Assembly (NCBI GenBank): GCA_963785305.1
Contig: CAWAUV010000008.1
Location: 544,001 to 608,000 of the forward strand
Reading direction: 5' to 3'
From: an uncultured Planctomycetaceae bacterium
GTDB taxonomy: Bacteria > Planctomycetota > Planctomycetia > Pirellulales > PALSA-1355
Length of the DNA: 64,000 bases
This document shows positions 10,801 to 21,415 of this stretch, in pieces. A program made the translations under genes and the position numbers. Position 1 is the first letter of the stretch, and each line of letters begins with the position of its first letter. Under the pieces are notes generated by a model. It saw nothing but the letters and a program-made list of their open reading frames with translations. It did not search any database and was not told the origin of the DNA.

Positions 10801-11060
10801 TCATTGCTTCGCCAGCCCAAAACGCTGGCGCCAGTCGGACTCGTAGGCACGGGAAAAAAGCAACTGAATGCGTTCGGCGCGTTCAGGCGCATCGGACTCG
10901 AGAATCGCGAGCGCTTGGCGGATTTTCTCGATCCCGCATCCCCCGCCGCGCCGCCAGCCCGGTCGAGGCGGTCGAACACCGCGGCGATTTGCAGCAACCG
11001 GGCGCGGACTTCCAGAAACTCGCGGTCGAGCACCGCTGGCGCAGTCGTTGGAATCGTCAT
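10801..11060 (-). CDS. Small hypothetical protein; frameshift near 10935
   Basis: VLDREFLEVRARLLQIAA.FDRLDRA joins IRQALAIL..RAERIQLLFSRAYESDW in the adjacent frame. Confidence 0.65.
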
Positions 11061-11295
11061 GATCGTTCCCCTCGCGGTTGACGCTATGCGATAAAGAAAA
11101 AGCGGCGAGAACCGGTCCGCAACGTATATTTTTTTTGAAACACGGAGATATTTCCCAGGCCGTCGGGCCGCGGCGCAACATCGCTCGCGGGCATGAAACG
11201 CGGCCTAGCGACGCGGCGCGACGCCAGTTGCAGTCTCCGCCAAACATCGACCGAATTCAAGGGCGCGGCGAATCTGCCCATTGCCGCGAATGCCG

Positions 11296-12915
11296 ATGGC
11301 CACCACCCAACTTGCCGCATCACCCTCCGTGGGGCTGCGGAAAACATTTGACTTGCTCGCGACCACCAAGAACGACGTGGCCAACACAGTGTTGCTCACG
11401 GCGCTCGATTCGCCGTTTTTGGAAGTGCAGCGCGGCGGGCTCGAAGCACTGCTCAAGCGACGTTGCCATCAGGGGCAAACCGAGATTCTCCGCCGCCTGC
11501 CGGCCAATGCCGACGCCTGGCGACCGATCATCGATCAGCGCCGCGGCGCCTTGGCCCATGCCCTGCGCGACGGTCTCTTGGGCGGCGACAGTGAGTTGTG
11601 CCAAAGCGCCTGCCAAGCGATTCTCTGGTTTCGCGAATACGACCTGGCCGCCGCGCTCGTCACGGCCGCCGAAGATGAAACCAATCCCCAAGCGCCGCTC
11701 GCCGCCCAAACTCTTTTGGCCTTGGCCGACCTGCTCTACGAGGAACTGGCCGCCGGCGCGCCGAGCGCCGGCCGGCGCGATCCGCAAGTCGTGCGCCGCA
11801 ACTTCACCCACACGATCGAAGGCTCGGCCCAGCGCTTTGCCCGGCACAAGCGCCTCGAGACGCTGCGCGCGTTTCTCTCGCTCGCCGGGCGTGAAAACGC
11901 GACCCTCAAACGCATTTTTCAAGACCCGCTCCATACCGCGTTCGTGCCGATGATGGACATTTTGCTCCATGACCAACGCGGCGGCATCGTGCGGCTCTTG
12001 CTCAGTTTTCTCGACGATCCGCATGCTCCCTCGGCCGCGATCTCGGCGCTCGGTCGCCGCGACGACCTGAAATTCGTGACGCATTTGATGCGCAAGATCG
12101 GCTTTGCCCCCAGTGTCAACGCCGCTCAGAACCTGCGACGCATCGACACGATCGGCTGGCTCAAGACCGATCCGCGCCGTGTCGACTCGCTCGACGACGC
12201 CGCCCAGCACAGCCTCATTCAAGTGGTGCTCGCCACGAGCATCAAGCGAGATGATGCTTTCGCGATCGTCGAACATGTGCTGCGCTTCGGCAAACGCGCC
12301 GGACGCCGCGCCGCGGCCACGGCGCTTGCCCGCTTCAATGGCGCCGACGCCAATCTCGCCGCCCAACGCGCGCTGACCGACGATTGCCCGGAAGTGCAAG
12401 CCGCGATCATCAAACAGATTCGCCAGCGCGGGATTCCCGGCGCGCTCAATCGCGTGATCGAGTTTCTCGACAACCCGTCGCCGGTCGTGCGCGACGCGGC
12501 CCGGCAGAGCCTCGTGGAATTCGACTTCGAACGCTACCTCGCCGCCTACGATCTGCTCGATGACGAAATTCGCCGCAGCACCGGCGAGCTCGTGCTCAAA
12601 GTCAATCCGGGCGCCACCGAAGCCCTGCGAAAAGAACTCGCCGCGCGAACCCGCACCCGACGCATGCGGGCACTGGGCGTGGCCATGGCGATGGGCGCCG
12701 TGCCGGAGCTGCGCGAAACGATTATCTCGATGCTCACCGACGACGATCATCTGGTGCGCACCGAGGCTGCCGTGGCGCTGGGCCACGCGCCGCATGTCGC
12801 CACGCGCGCCGCGCTTCGCGAGATGCTCGCCGACCGCAATATCCCCGTGCGCGAGGCGGCGCTCCGCAGCCTGGAGCGGCTCGACTCGCTCGACGGCCCA
12901 AGCCGCGCTTTATGA
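11296..12915 (+). CDS. HEAT-repeat protein
   Basis: Repeated L.D..P.VR..A motifs (DNPSPVVRDAAR, DDDHLVRTEAAVALG, DRNIPVREAAL). Confidence 0.82.
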   Translation: MATTQLAASPSVGLRKTFDLLATTKNDVANTVLLTALDSPFLEVQRGGLEALLKRRCHQGQTEILRRLPANADAWRPIIDQRRGALAHALRDGLLGGDSELCQSACQAILWFREYDLAAALVTAAEDETNPQAPLAAQTLLALADLLYEELAAGAPSAGRRDPQVVRRNFTHTIEGSAQRFARHKRLETLRAFLSLAGRENATLKRIFQDPLHTAFVPMMDILLHDQRGGIVRLLLSFLDDPHAPSAAISALGRRDDLKFVTHLMRKIGFAPSVNAAQNLRRIDTIGWLKTDPRRVDSLDDAAQHSLIQVVLATSIKRDDAFAIVEHVLRFGKRAGRRAAATALARFNGADANLAAQRALTDDCPEVQAAIIKQIRQRGIPGALNRVIEFLDNPSPVVRDAARQSLVEFDFERYLAAYDLLDDEIRRSTGELVLKVNPGATEALRKELAARTRTRRMRALGVAMAMGAVPELRETIISMLTDDDHLVRTEAAVALGHAPHVATRAALREMLADRNIPVREAALRSLERLDSLDGPSRAL

Positions 12916-12982
12916 GTGAAATTCCAAATCACCTGCCCGCCAGGGAATTTATTTTGGCCTCCATGCATCGGACATCGTAGTC

Positions 12983-13941
12983 ATGAACATTCCACCGTTT
13001 GTGCTGGCCGACCGCGGCATGCTGCGCGAAATGGGCAGTGGCTTCCGCGATCGGAGCGAACATTTCGAGCTCATCGATCTCTGGCCCTGGATCGTCGGCT
13101 TCGTCGCGCTCGTCGGCGCGCTTGTCGCCTTGCAGCGCTGGCTCACCCGCAACGATGCCCAGACTTTCTATTCCAGTCCGCGTGCCTTGATGCGGTCGCT
13201 GTGCCAGACGCATGGACTTTCGCGGGCCGATCAACGGTTGCTGTTGCTCATTGCCCGGACTCGCGGCATCGCGGCGCCGGCCTGTTTGTTTCTCGACCCG
13301 GCGGCGTTCGAGGTTTCCGACGTCGGGCCGATCGACCTCGCGCACCACGCCGAGGCGATCACCGCGCTTAAGGCCCGCTTATTCGCGAGCGACGCGATCA
13401 CGGCGCCTGCCGAAGCGAACGACGTGGCCCAGGGCGATGGGGCCCCAAGCGGCGAAGAGTGCTCGGTGGCTCCCGCTCCCTCGGCGGAATCTCCAAACGA
13501 ACAAGCGCCCGGCGATGGCGCTCGCCACGACTCGTCGCGCGATCCCGCGGAAAGCACGGCGCGTTTGTCGCCCGCGGATTCCGCGACCGAGGAGTTTGGA
13601 ATATCGCGGGAACGACCAATGCCCCGCCCGCGAAGAATTGGACAGCGGCGCCGAGTCTGTTCGAGCCGGCGCCGGCCACCACCGGCGCCGAGGCGTTGGC
13701 CGCGGCCGCTTCGGGCTCGCGCGGACGGCGGCGCGAGGACCAGCTTAAGAGCAACGCGCCGAGCAGCGCCGCGATCGAAGACCGCGCCACGACCTTCACC
13801 GAGCAGCAAGCCGTCATGGCGCTCGAAACACTGATGCGTCAGATCAATGCGAGCCGAGCCCCGGCGGCGGCTCCAGTGGCGGCGTCGATCTCATGCTCCG
13901 ACACCGCGGCCCCATCCAGCCCCGCGCCAAGCGCTCGCTAG
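12983..13941 (+). CDS. Hypothetical membrane-anchored protein with low-complexity C-terminus; probable frameshift near 13590
   Basis: Hydrophobic segment WPWIVGFVALVGALVAL, then PRALMRSLCQTHGL..PACLFLDP. C-terminus uncertain (13834 or 13941). Confidence 0.55.
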
Positions 13942-15365
13942 GCGATGGCGCTCGAATAGGCCGAAGGGCGCGTCTGGACAGGGTGCGGCTTTCGCGGGGC
14001 GAATTGCGCGTTGGACTTGCGGAGCACGCCGTCGCGCGGCTTGGCTTTGAAGTCGCCGGATTCCGCGTTTTTGTCCATGGCCACCGCATGTTCCTCGGGC
14101 ACATAGCCGATATTGTTCAAGAAATCCTCGAGCCTTATCGTCTGAATGCCGAAGCTCTTGGACTCGTTGATCATTTCAGAGTACGACTTCAGAAACTCGG
14201 CCGACACCCCCTTATCGCCCGGCCGGGCGCCCATGATCAAGTAGCTGGTGTTGAACGATAGATCGCCCTCGCGTTTGCCGGCGTCGGTGACTTCGGCGTC
14301 GATCACGCCGCCGTTGTTGGCGATCAGGTTTTTGACGAGTGCCCGGTCGCTTTCGCCATTGCCGTCGATATCCATGAACCCATCGAGCGCGAAGTGCTCG
14401 ACCCGACCGGCGGCCCACACTTGCGAGAAAATCTGATCGCCGGGCATGATCGGATCGTCGAGCTTGTCGCTCACGATGCGGGCCTCGGCCAGATGCGCGT
14501 CGAGCAGTCGCACCACTTCGATGCTGGCCTTGCTCTTGGCTTCGACCAAACTGGGTTCATTGGGGCCGAGCACCTTGAACGTCACTTGGCGACGAAGGCC
14601 ATCGGCGGCGCCGACATTGATCCACACCACATGGTCGCGCTGATCGACCCACGTGATGCGGCCGCGCGGCAGATCGAGCGTGGTCTCGGTCTTCTCGTGT
14701 TTGTTTTTCAAAATCTCGATTTGCTTGGCCAGCCGCTCGATCTGCGAGTCTTTCCCCTTAAGCTCGTCGTCGGCCTTCTTCGTGCGATCGTCGGCGCCCT
14801 TGCACGTGGTGTCGATCTGCTTGGCGATATCGGTTTTGCTCTTTTCGATTTCTTCGCGCACTTCGTTGAAGCTTGCGAGCTCGGCTTTGAGATCGGCGGC
14901 GCTCTTATCGAGGTTTTCCTTGTACTTGGCGAGCTCGGCGGCTTTGATCTTTTCGTCGGCCGCGATTTTGGCCTTCAGCTCTTCCTCGCGCAGTTTGTCG
15001 TCGACGAATCGCGACTGGGCGGCGAGCAGTTCGGTGTGCAGGTACTTGACGAGTTGGCGGTAGTGCTGATCCGACTCCTTGAAGTTGCCGCCGTAGTTCT
15101 TCATGTCGTCGGCGAAGTTCTTCTGGATCGTGTCGACGGAATCGGTCTCGGAGCCGCCGTAAATCTTTTTGAGCGCGCTGGCTTCGACCTCGGCGGCTCG
15201 CTGCGAGGCGACGGCCTTGCCCTTTTCGTCGAGGCTGGCCTTCGAGGCGAGCAGCGCCTCTTCGTACCAGCGGAAGAACATGAACGCGCACACGCCGGTG
15301 ACGATCATGAGCAAGGCAAAAATGATGAGCGCAATCTGCAAGCCTTGATTTTCCCTGACAGCCAT
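13938..15365 (-). CDS. Membrane-anchored coiled-coil protein with C-terminal beta-rich and BRCT-like domains
   Basis: N-terminal TM segment, long E/K/A coiled coil, VWINVGAADGLR, LVKNLIANNGG.ID..TSYLIMG. Confidence 0.75.
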   Translation of the reverse strand: MAVRENQGLQIALIIFALLMIVTGVCAFMFFRWYEEALLASKASLDEKGKAVASQRAAEVEASALKKIYGGSETDSVDTIQKNFADDMKNYGGNFKESDQHYRQLVKYLHTELLAAQSRFVDDKLREEELKAKIAADEKIKAAELAKYKENLDKSAADLKAELASFNEVREEIEKSKTDIAKQIDTTCKGADDRTKKADDELKGKDSQIERLAKQIEILKNKHEKTETTLDLPRGRITWVDQRDHVVWINVGAADGLRRQVTFKVLGPNEPSLVEAKSKASIEVVRLLDAHLAEARIVSDKLDDPIMPGDQIFSQVWAAGRVEHFALDGFMDIDGNGESDRALVKNLIANNGGVIDAEVTDAGKREGDLSFNTSYLIMGARPGDKGVSAEFLKSYSEMINESKSFGIQTIRLEDFLNNIGYVPEEHAVAMDKNAESGDFKAKPRDGVLRKSNAQFAPRKPHPVQTRPSAYSSAIA

Positions 15366-15713
15366 TGTCGCTCCAGTCCGAAAGAGAGCCGAGAAAGACG
15401 CTGGGGCTCGCGCGGAATCGCGCCGCCGAAGATAACCCGATTGTAAATAGGGACTTCGACGCTGTCAAATTCCCGCTATCGGCGGCCCAAATCCATCCAC
15501 CGCTACAACCGACGCTGGCGCGCGTCGCGGAACATTTCCGACGCGGTTCGCCGAACGTCCACGAGGCCGTGCCCATGCCCCCCGAGGCGGGATCGGGCGG
15601 CGACCGGACGGCTTGGCGGGGAGTAGCGATCAGGCTCGGGGCGTAGTTATAATGCGAACCTTGCCCAGCTTCCGCTCGCCCCCCTTCCCCAATCCACCCC
15701 CAAGGTTTTTGCC

Positions 15714-16763
15714 ATGAGATGCGCTGCTTTGTTCGCGGTGTGCTGCTTTGGTTTCGCGGCGATCGCGTCGGCCGCCGACGCGCCTCGCGCCGCCTCGACC
15801 TCGAGTGTCGGTCTCGCGATGACCGATGCCGCCCAGAAGTTCCTCGCGGCGCTTTCGCCCGAACAAAAAGCCAAGGCCACGATGAAGTTCGACGATCCGG
15901 CCCGGCTCGATTGGCACAATATCCCCAAGCCCCAGCGCAAGGGTTTGCAAGTGCGGGATATGAACGAAGCCCAGCGCGGCGCATGCCACGATCTGTTGCG
16001 CACGGCGCTTAGCGGCGTGGGCTATGAAAAAGCCAAGAAAATCATGTCGCTGGAAAACAATCTGCGCGAAGGCGAGAAGGACCTCAAGGATTCGCCGCTC
16101 CGCGATCCGGAGCGATACTTCCTCACCATCTTCGGCCAGCCGGAATCGACCGGGCAGTGGGGCTGGAGCTTCGAGGGCCACCACTTCTCCCTCAACTTCG
16201 TGATTCGCGACGGCCAAGTGGTGAGCGACACGCCGAGCTTCTTCGGCGCCAATCCGGCCACGGTCTCGCTCTTTATTCCTGGCGGACCCGAGGCCGGCAC
16301 TCGCACCCTGAGCGCCGAGGAGCAGTTGGCCTTCGATCTGCTCAATTCGCTCGACGACGCCCAGCGCAAGCGGGCGATCGTGGCCGACAAGGCCCCGGCC
16401 GAATATCGCAACGCCGGCAAGCCCCAGCCGCCACACGAAGCGCCCGAGGGACTGCCCGCCTCGGAGATGACCGCCGACCAGAAGCAGATTCTTTGGAAGT
16501 TGATCGAAACCTATAATAACAACCTCGCCGGACCGCTGGCCGCCGTTCGCCTTGGTAATGTCCAGTCGCATGGGCTCGATCGGGTATGCTTCGCCTGGTT
16601 CGGCGGAACCAAGGCGGGCGAGCCGCACTACTACCGCTTGCAAGGGCCGTCGTTCGTGCTCGAACTGATCAATGTTCAATCCGACCCCGCCGGCAACAAA
16701 GCCAACCATATTCATTCAGTGTGGCGAAACCTCGAAGGCGACTTCGGCGTGGACGCGCGGTAA
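15714..16763 (+). CDS. DUF3500 domain secreted protein
   Basis: Signal peptide; RDPERYFLTIFG.P, WGWSFEGHHFSLN, YYRLQGP, NHIHSVWR..GDFG. Confidence 0.88.
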   Translation: MRCAALFAVCCFGFAAIASAADAPRAASTSSVGLAMTDAAQKFLAALSPEQKAKATMKFDDPARLDWHNIPKPQRKGLQVRDMNEAQRGACHDLLRTALSGVGYEKAKKIMSLENNLREGEKDLKDSPLRDPERYFLTIFGQPESTGQWGWSFEGHHFSLNFVIRDGQVVSDTPSFFGANPATVSLFIPGGPEAGTRTLSAEEQLAFDLLNSLDDAQRKRAIVADKAPAEYRNAGKPQPPHEAPEGLPASEMTADQKQILWKLIETYNNNLAGPLAAVRLGNVQSHGLDRVCFAWFGGTKAGEPHYYRLQGPSFVLELINVQSDPAGNKANHIHSVWRNLEGDFGVDAR

Positions 16764-17002
16764 GCGGCGCTGTGATCGACGCGGCGGGCGGCGGGCAGGA
16801 GGTTTGTCGCGGGCGGACATCGAAAACGCGGAACAACAGGGAACGAACGCGATGTTCGTTCCCTGATCGCGAACTTTCGTGACTTCCCCTGTTCCGCGGT
16901 GGCGGTCCGTTTTCTTCGTCGGAGGCGACGCGTGCTTCATTCCCGATCAAGATGTTCGCTCGCGCGGCGGCCTTCCCTTTCTCGCTCTTGAAATCACGTC
17001 GC

Positions 17003-17698
17003 ATGCCCACCACTCCCACTTGGCAAGACATCGCGCTGCGGTTGGGGCTCACCTTGATCGCGTCGGGCATTATCGGCGTCAATCGCAGCGAGCGCGGACA
17101 CGCGACGGGCCTCCGCACCACGATCCTCGTGTCGGTGGCCGCCGCCGTGTCGATGATTCAAGCCAATCTACTGCTCGCTACGATCGGCAAGACATCCGAA
17201 GCTTTCTCCGTGATGGATGTGATGCGCCTGCCGCTCGGCATTCTCTCGGGCATGGGCTTTATCGGCGCCGGCGCGATCCTCCGCCGCGGCGACATGGTGA
17301 TCGGCATCACGACCGCGGCGACGCTCTGGTTCGTCACCGTGATGGGCCTTTGTTTCGGAGGCGGTCAGTGGGGAGTGGGCTTGGCGATGCTCGCAATCGG
17401 CCTCACCGTGCTTTGGACGCTCAAATGGATCGAGGAATTGCTGGGCCAGGGCGCGCGCGGCGTCTTGGATATTACGCTCGCCGTGAACGGGCCGACCGAC
17501 GCCGAAGTGCAAGCCTGGATGCATGCGTCGGGATTTGCAATTTTGGCTTATGGCATGACGCTCGCGCCGCATACCGGCCTTCGCAAATTGCGTTGCAGCG
17601 TGCGCTACCGCCGCCACGCGGCCGATGTGGAAACCCCCGCGGCGCTGGCGGCCTTTGGCCAGCGCGAGGGCGTGAAGCGAGTGCGTTGGCGTCCCTGA
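17003..17698 (+). CDS. MgtC/SapB family membrane protein
   Basis: GLRTTILV, GILSGMGFIGAGAI, GITTAATLW motifs. Confidence 0.9.
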   Translation: MPTTPTWQDIALRLGLTLIASGIIGVNRSERGHATGLRTTILVSVAAAVSMIQANLLLATIGKTSEAFSVMDVMRLPLGILSGMGFIGAGAILRRGDMVIGITTAATLWFVTVMGLCFGGGQWGVGLAMLAIGLTVLWTLKWIEELLGQGARGVLDITLAVNGPTDAEVQAWMHASGFAILAYGMTLAPHTGLRKLRCSVRYRRHAADVETPAALAAFGQREGVKRVRWRP

Positions 17699-17792
17699 AT
17701 TCCGCGGCGCCGGTCGGGCCATGGCTGTCGGGGGGCGCCGCGCCGCCTTGTTGCTGGCGTGCGGTTGTCGAAAAACATCCAGGAGTCGAGCC

Positions 17793-18701
17793 ATGAAAAT
17801 CGCGGTCACCGGGGCCACCGGCTTTATCGGCCGCTATCTGGTTCGGCGCCTCGTCGCCGATGGCCACGCGTGTCGCTGCTGGCATCGCCCGACGAGCGAT
17901 CGGCGCGGGCTCGACGATCTGGCCGCGAGCATTGAGTGGGTCGAGGGCGAACTGGGCGACCGCGCGGCGAGCCGGGAACTGGTTCGCGGCTGCCAGGCCG
18001 TGGTCCACGCCGCGCTCTATCATCCCGGCGGCGGCTTTCGGGGCGGCGAAGGCGATCTGCTCGAATTCGTCGAGAAAAACGTGCTCGGCACGCTGGCGCT
18101 CATCGAAGCCGCTCGGTCGACTCCGGCTAGCCGGTTCGTGTTTATTTCTACCTGCGCGGTACATGAACGCATCTTGAGCGATCGGCCGCTCGACGAGACC
18201 CATCCCACGACGCCCGAAAGCCACTACGGCGCACACAAAGCGGCGATCGAACAGTTCGTGCATGGTCATGGCTGGTCGACCGGCTATGAAATTTGTGCTT
18301 TGCGGCCGACCGGTGTTTATGGACTCGACCAGCCGGCGGAACACAGCAAGTGGTTTCCGCTGGTGCGCGACGTGGTTCGCGGCGTCGATGTCACCTGCGA
18401 GCGCGGCGGCAAGGAAGTGCATGCGGCCGATGTCGCCCGGGCGGCGGCGCTGTTGCTCTCGGCGCCGAACATTGCCGGCGAGGTCTACAACTGCTTCGAT
18501 CGCTATATCTCGGAACACGAAGTCGCCAGCCTCGTCAAGCGGTCGACCGGCGGCAAGAGCGAGATCCACGGCCGGAAAACTTCGGCCAAGAACCGAATCA
18601 TCACCGACAAACTTCGCGGGTTGGGCATGGAGTTCGGCGGCCAGAAACTGTTCGAGGAAACAGTGCGGCAATTGATCGACGCCGTCAACGCGGGCGAGTG
18701 A
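17793..18701 (+). CDS. NAD-dependent epimerase/dehydratase
   Basis: VTGATGFIG Rossmann motif, YGAHK catalytic motif, LRPTGVYG. Confidence 0.9.
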   Translation: MKIAVTGATGFIGRYLVRRLVADGHACRCWHRPTSDRRGLDDLAASIEWVEGELGDRAASRELVRGCQAVVHAALYHPGGGFRGGEGDLLEFVEKNVLGTLALIEAARSTPASRFVFISTCAVHERILSDRPLDETHPTTPESHYGAHKAAIEQFVHGHGWSTGYEICALRPTGVYGLDQPAEHSKWFPLVRDVVRGVDVTCERGGKEVHAADVARAAALLLSAPNIAGEVYNCFDRYISEHEVASLVKRSTGGKSEIHGRKTSAKNRIITDKLRGLGMEFGGQKLFEETVRQLIDAVNAGE

Positions 18702-18702
18702 C

Positions 18703-19761
18703 TCACGCTCCCGACGCCGAAGCGCTCGCCAGGGCCAAGGTCCCCAGGCCATAGAACGTGTATTCCACGTCGAGCCCCCGGTCCCACGCGGCGCCATGAA
18801 ATCCGCCGCCCGCGGCTTCGAGCGAAGTCGCATAGCGCACGGCGGCGGCGAGGTCGATGGAGCCGCCGTTGCCCCCGCGAATGGCGCCCAAGTCGCCGAG
18901 CGTTACCAGGGCGGTGAATGTGCTTAGCAGATCGGCGATCGGGATTCGGGTATTGGCCCGCCAGCCGCCTTCTTCGTTTTGCAAGTCGATCAAGAATTCG
19001 GCCGTGGAGGTTTTGGTTTGCTCGTCGAGCGCGGCGTGCATCGCCAAGAGGCCGATCGCCGCGGCGGTCGGGTTCACTCCGCTACGACGCATGGCGGCCA
19101 TCTCGACGAACCCGCCATCGTCGCGCTGCCGCGAACGCGCGAAAGCCACCAGCCGCTCGGGTTCGGGAGTCTCGATGCCGATTGCTTGCTGACACATCGA
19201 CACGAGAAAACTGTGGTACACGCTGCTCGACTCGCCGACGGGTGTTTTGGCGTAGCCACCGTCGGGACGGCGCAGGCGCTCGAGCAGCGGCGGCCACATT
19301 GGCTTGCCAACCGACCGGAGCAGCGGCGAAGACATCGAACCCGGCGGCCATGTTCAAAGTCGCGGCCGCCAGCACCAGCGACAGAAAGTCGACGATCGGC
19401 GCTTGGCCAGCCAAGCGGGTTTGCAGATAACGACCCGCGAGTTCGGCTCGCGCCGGATCGAGCTCGCCGACCAGGGCCAGCGCTCGCACGCCGAACCCGG
19501 TGTAGTAGAGATCGCCCGCGCCGAACGACCGGGAGCCACGCCGCCCGCGCTCGACGAATCGCCCGGTTCATGGACGATCTCGCCCGTGATCGGGCCACCG
19601 ACCCCGGCGCCGGGAGCGCGACCGGGAAAGCCGCCATCGGCCGCTTGGCAGCGCCGGAGAAAGCCGGCATGAAGCTCGATGCGACCGGGGCTCAGCAGCT
19701 CCTCCATGCCCGCGCCGAGTCGCAGCAGCAGGTTCGCAAGATAGCCGGCGGAGGGCGGCAT
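18703..19761 (-). CDS. Prenyltransferase/squalene-oxidase repeat protein; about two frameshifts
   Basis: Repeated Q..DGGF motifs (CQAADGGF, RRPDGGY, QRDDGGF, QNEEGGW), DLYYTGF, DVEYTFYGLG, spread over three frames. Confidence 0.78.
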
Positions 19762-19844
19762 GGTTTACCCAGACCGGGCTGGAGAGGCGCGGCGAAAGAC
19801 GCGGTCGCGATCAAGCGCGCGGAGCGGATTTTAACATTGGTTCG

Positions 19845-20261
19845 TCAGAGCAAGAAGGATCGCAGCTTCGCGGCGATGTCGGGCGGCACGGCCATCGAGC
19901 TCAAAGTCCCGTCGCCATGCAGCCGGCAGCACACGGCCGTGATTTCGCCGGTGGCGACTTGGCGTCCCGCGCAGCTAAAGGCGAATTCGTAGGTCACGCT
20001 TTTCTGTCCCAAGCGGGAGACATGCACCTCGATATCGACCAAGTCCTCGAAGCGGATCGCCGATTGGTAGTCGGCCCGAGCGGCAACGCGCGGCCAAGTG
20101 ATCGTGCCCTCGGGGTCTTTTTGGACCACGCTGAGGTCGACGCTTCTGAGCATCGCGTGTTCGGCGGCCTCCATGTAGGTGAAAAACACGGAGAAATGCA
20201 CGATTCCAGCGGCGTCGGTGTCGCGGAACTCGACTCGGCGTTGGGCGCGGAACTGCGGCAT
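19845..20261 (-). CDS. Acyl-CoA thioesterase (4HBT/YbgC hotdog family)
   Basis: RRVEFRDTDAAGIVHF..YMEAAE motif. Confidence 0.9.
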   Translation of the reverse strand: MPQFRAQRRVEFRDTDAAGIVHFSVFFTYMEAAEHAMLRSVDLSVVQKDPEGTITWPRVAARADYQSAIRFEDLVDIEVHVSRLGQKSVTYEFAFSCAGRQVATGEITAVCCRLHGDGTLSSMAVPPDIAAKLRSFLL

Positions 20262-20355
20262 GGACTTCTTTTCTTGCGATTCAAAACCCGCAGGGCCGCG
20301 GGAAACGCTCTTGCATGCCACATCGCTCGCGCTCAGGACATCGCATGCGAGCGAA

Positions 20356-20637
20356 TCAGTCGGCCACGTAGGGAATCAGCGCCATGAATCGAGCCCGCTT
20401 CACGGCCAACGTCACCGCATGCTGGCTGACCGCGGTGCAGCCGCTCTTGCGACGCCCCACGATCTTGCCTTGGCGATTCGTTAGCTTGGCCAATAGGTCA
20501 AGATCCTTGTAGTCGATGTACATTGGCCGAGGCCGTTGACCATCGACAAAGATCGGGTCTTTCTTCTTCGCGCGTGTCTTGACCTTCGCCGGGCGACGCT
20601 TGACGCCTTTGCTGGGTTTTCGGCCTCCGAAGCTCAT
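20356..20637 (-). CDS. rpsR: 30S ribosomal protein S18
   Basis: IDYKD..L..GKI.GRR.SG..Q..AVKRARFMALIPY. Confidence 0.95.
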   Translation of the reverse strand: MSFGGRKPSKGVKRRPAKVKTRAKKKDPIFVDGQRPRPMYIDYKDLDLLAKLTNRQGKIVGRRKSGCTAVSQHAVTLAVKRARFMALIPYVAD

Positions 20638-20755
20638 CGGGTACTACCTTTGCGGACAATTAAACTGGGGGGAACGATTTCAAAAAAACAAAGCGGCGCC
20701 GGATTGGGTCGAAAGCCGGTTGTGCCAGCCACGACAGACGACGCTCGCGAGAGAT

Positions 20756-20804
20756 TAAAAACAACCCGCGGTCGTCGCGGTGATTGTTTGCTCGCGACGA
20801 CCGC
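20756..20804 (-). terminator. Rho-independent terminator downstream of the RRM gene
   Basis: 12-bp stem GCGGTCGTCGCG (20768-20779) / CGCGACGACCGC (20793-20804), followed on the minus strand by TTGTTTTT. Confidence 0.65.
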
Positions 20805-20995
20805 AGGATTTTGGACTCGCCTTTTTTACTTTTAATAACACCGAGGCAAACGACCCAAAAGCCGATTCGCCCATCAATTCGCCCGCCTCGCGAATCGATT
20901 CCAACTCCGCCGACCTTCACGAACCGGATCGACTTCAAGCTGATTTGACATTCGAGGGCCGCGCTCGGCCAAAGCGAGATTACCGGCAAATGCGA

Positions 20996-21415
20996 CTAGT
21001 AGTTGCCTCGGCCGCCGCCGCCGTATCCACCACCACCGCCGCCGCCGCCATATCCGCCGCCGCCCGAACGGCCACCGCCGCCACTGCCGCCGCGACCACC
21101 GCCATAGCCACCGCCACCGCCCGAGCGACCGCCGCCATAGCCGCCACCGCCGCCACCGGAGCGAGGCGCTCGCTCGCGGGCTTCATTGACCGTGATGGCG
21201 CGTCCGTCGACTTCGGCGCCATTGAGGGCCTGAATCGCTGCCTGGCAAGCCTCATCGGTTTCCATTTCCACAAAACCAAAGCCACGCGACCGGCCCGTCT
21301 CCCGGTCGGAAATCACCTCGGCCGAACGCACGGCGCCATGCGCGCCGAACAGCGTCTCCAAAGTCGCTGATGTGGTCGACCAGGGGAGATTCCCCACATA
21401 AATCTTCTTCGCCAT
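20996..21415 (-). CDS. RRM RNA-binding protein with glycine-rich tail
   Basis: RNP2 IYVGNL, RNP1 RGFGFVEM, VNEARER, GGGGY repeats. Confidence 0.95.
   Translation of the reverse strand: MAKKIYVGNLPWSTTSATLETLFGAHGAVRSAEVISDRETGRSRGFGFVEMETDEACQAAIQALNGAEVDGRAITVNEARERAPRSGGGGGGYGGGRSGGGGGYGGGRGGSGGGGRSGGGGYGGGGGGGGYGGGGRGNY

Noticed and set aside
19520..19625. Gly/Pro-rich insertion in the prenyltransferase-repeat gene as an intein or mobile insert
   Set aside because: Only about 30 codons with no intein motifs or terminal repeats; likely a variable loop.
20996..21160. GCC/ACC-rich tandem repeats
   Set aside because: Simply the codons of the glycine-rich RRM tail.
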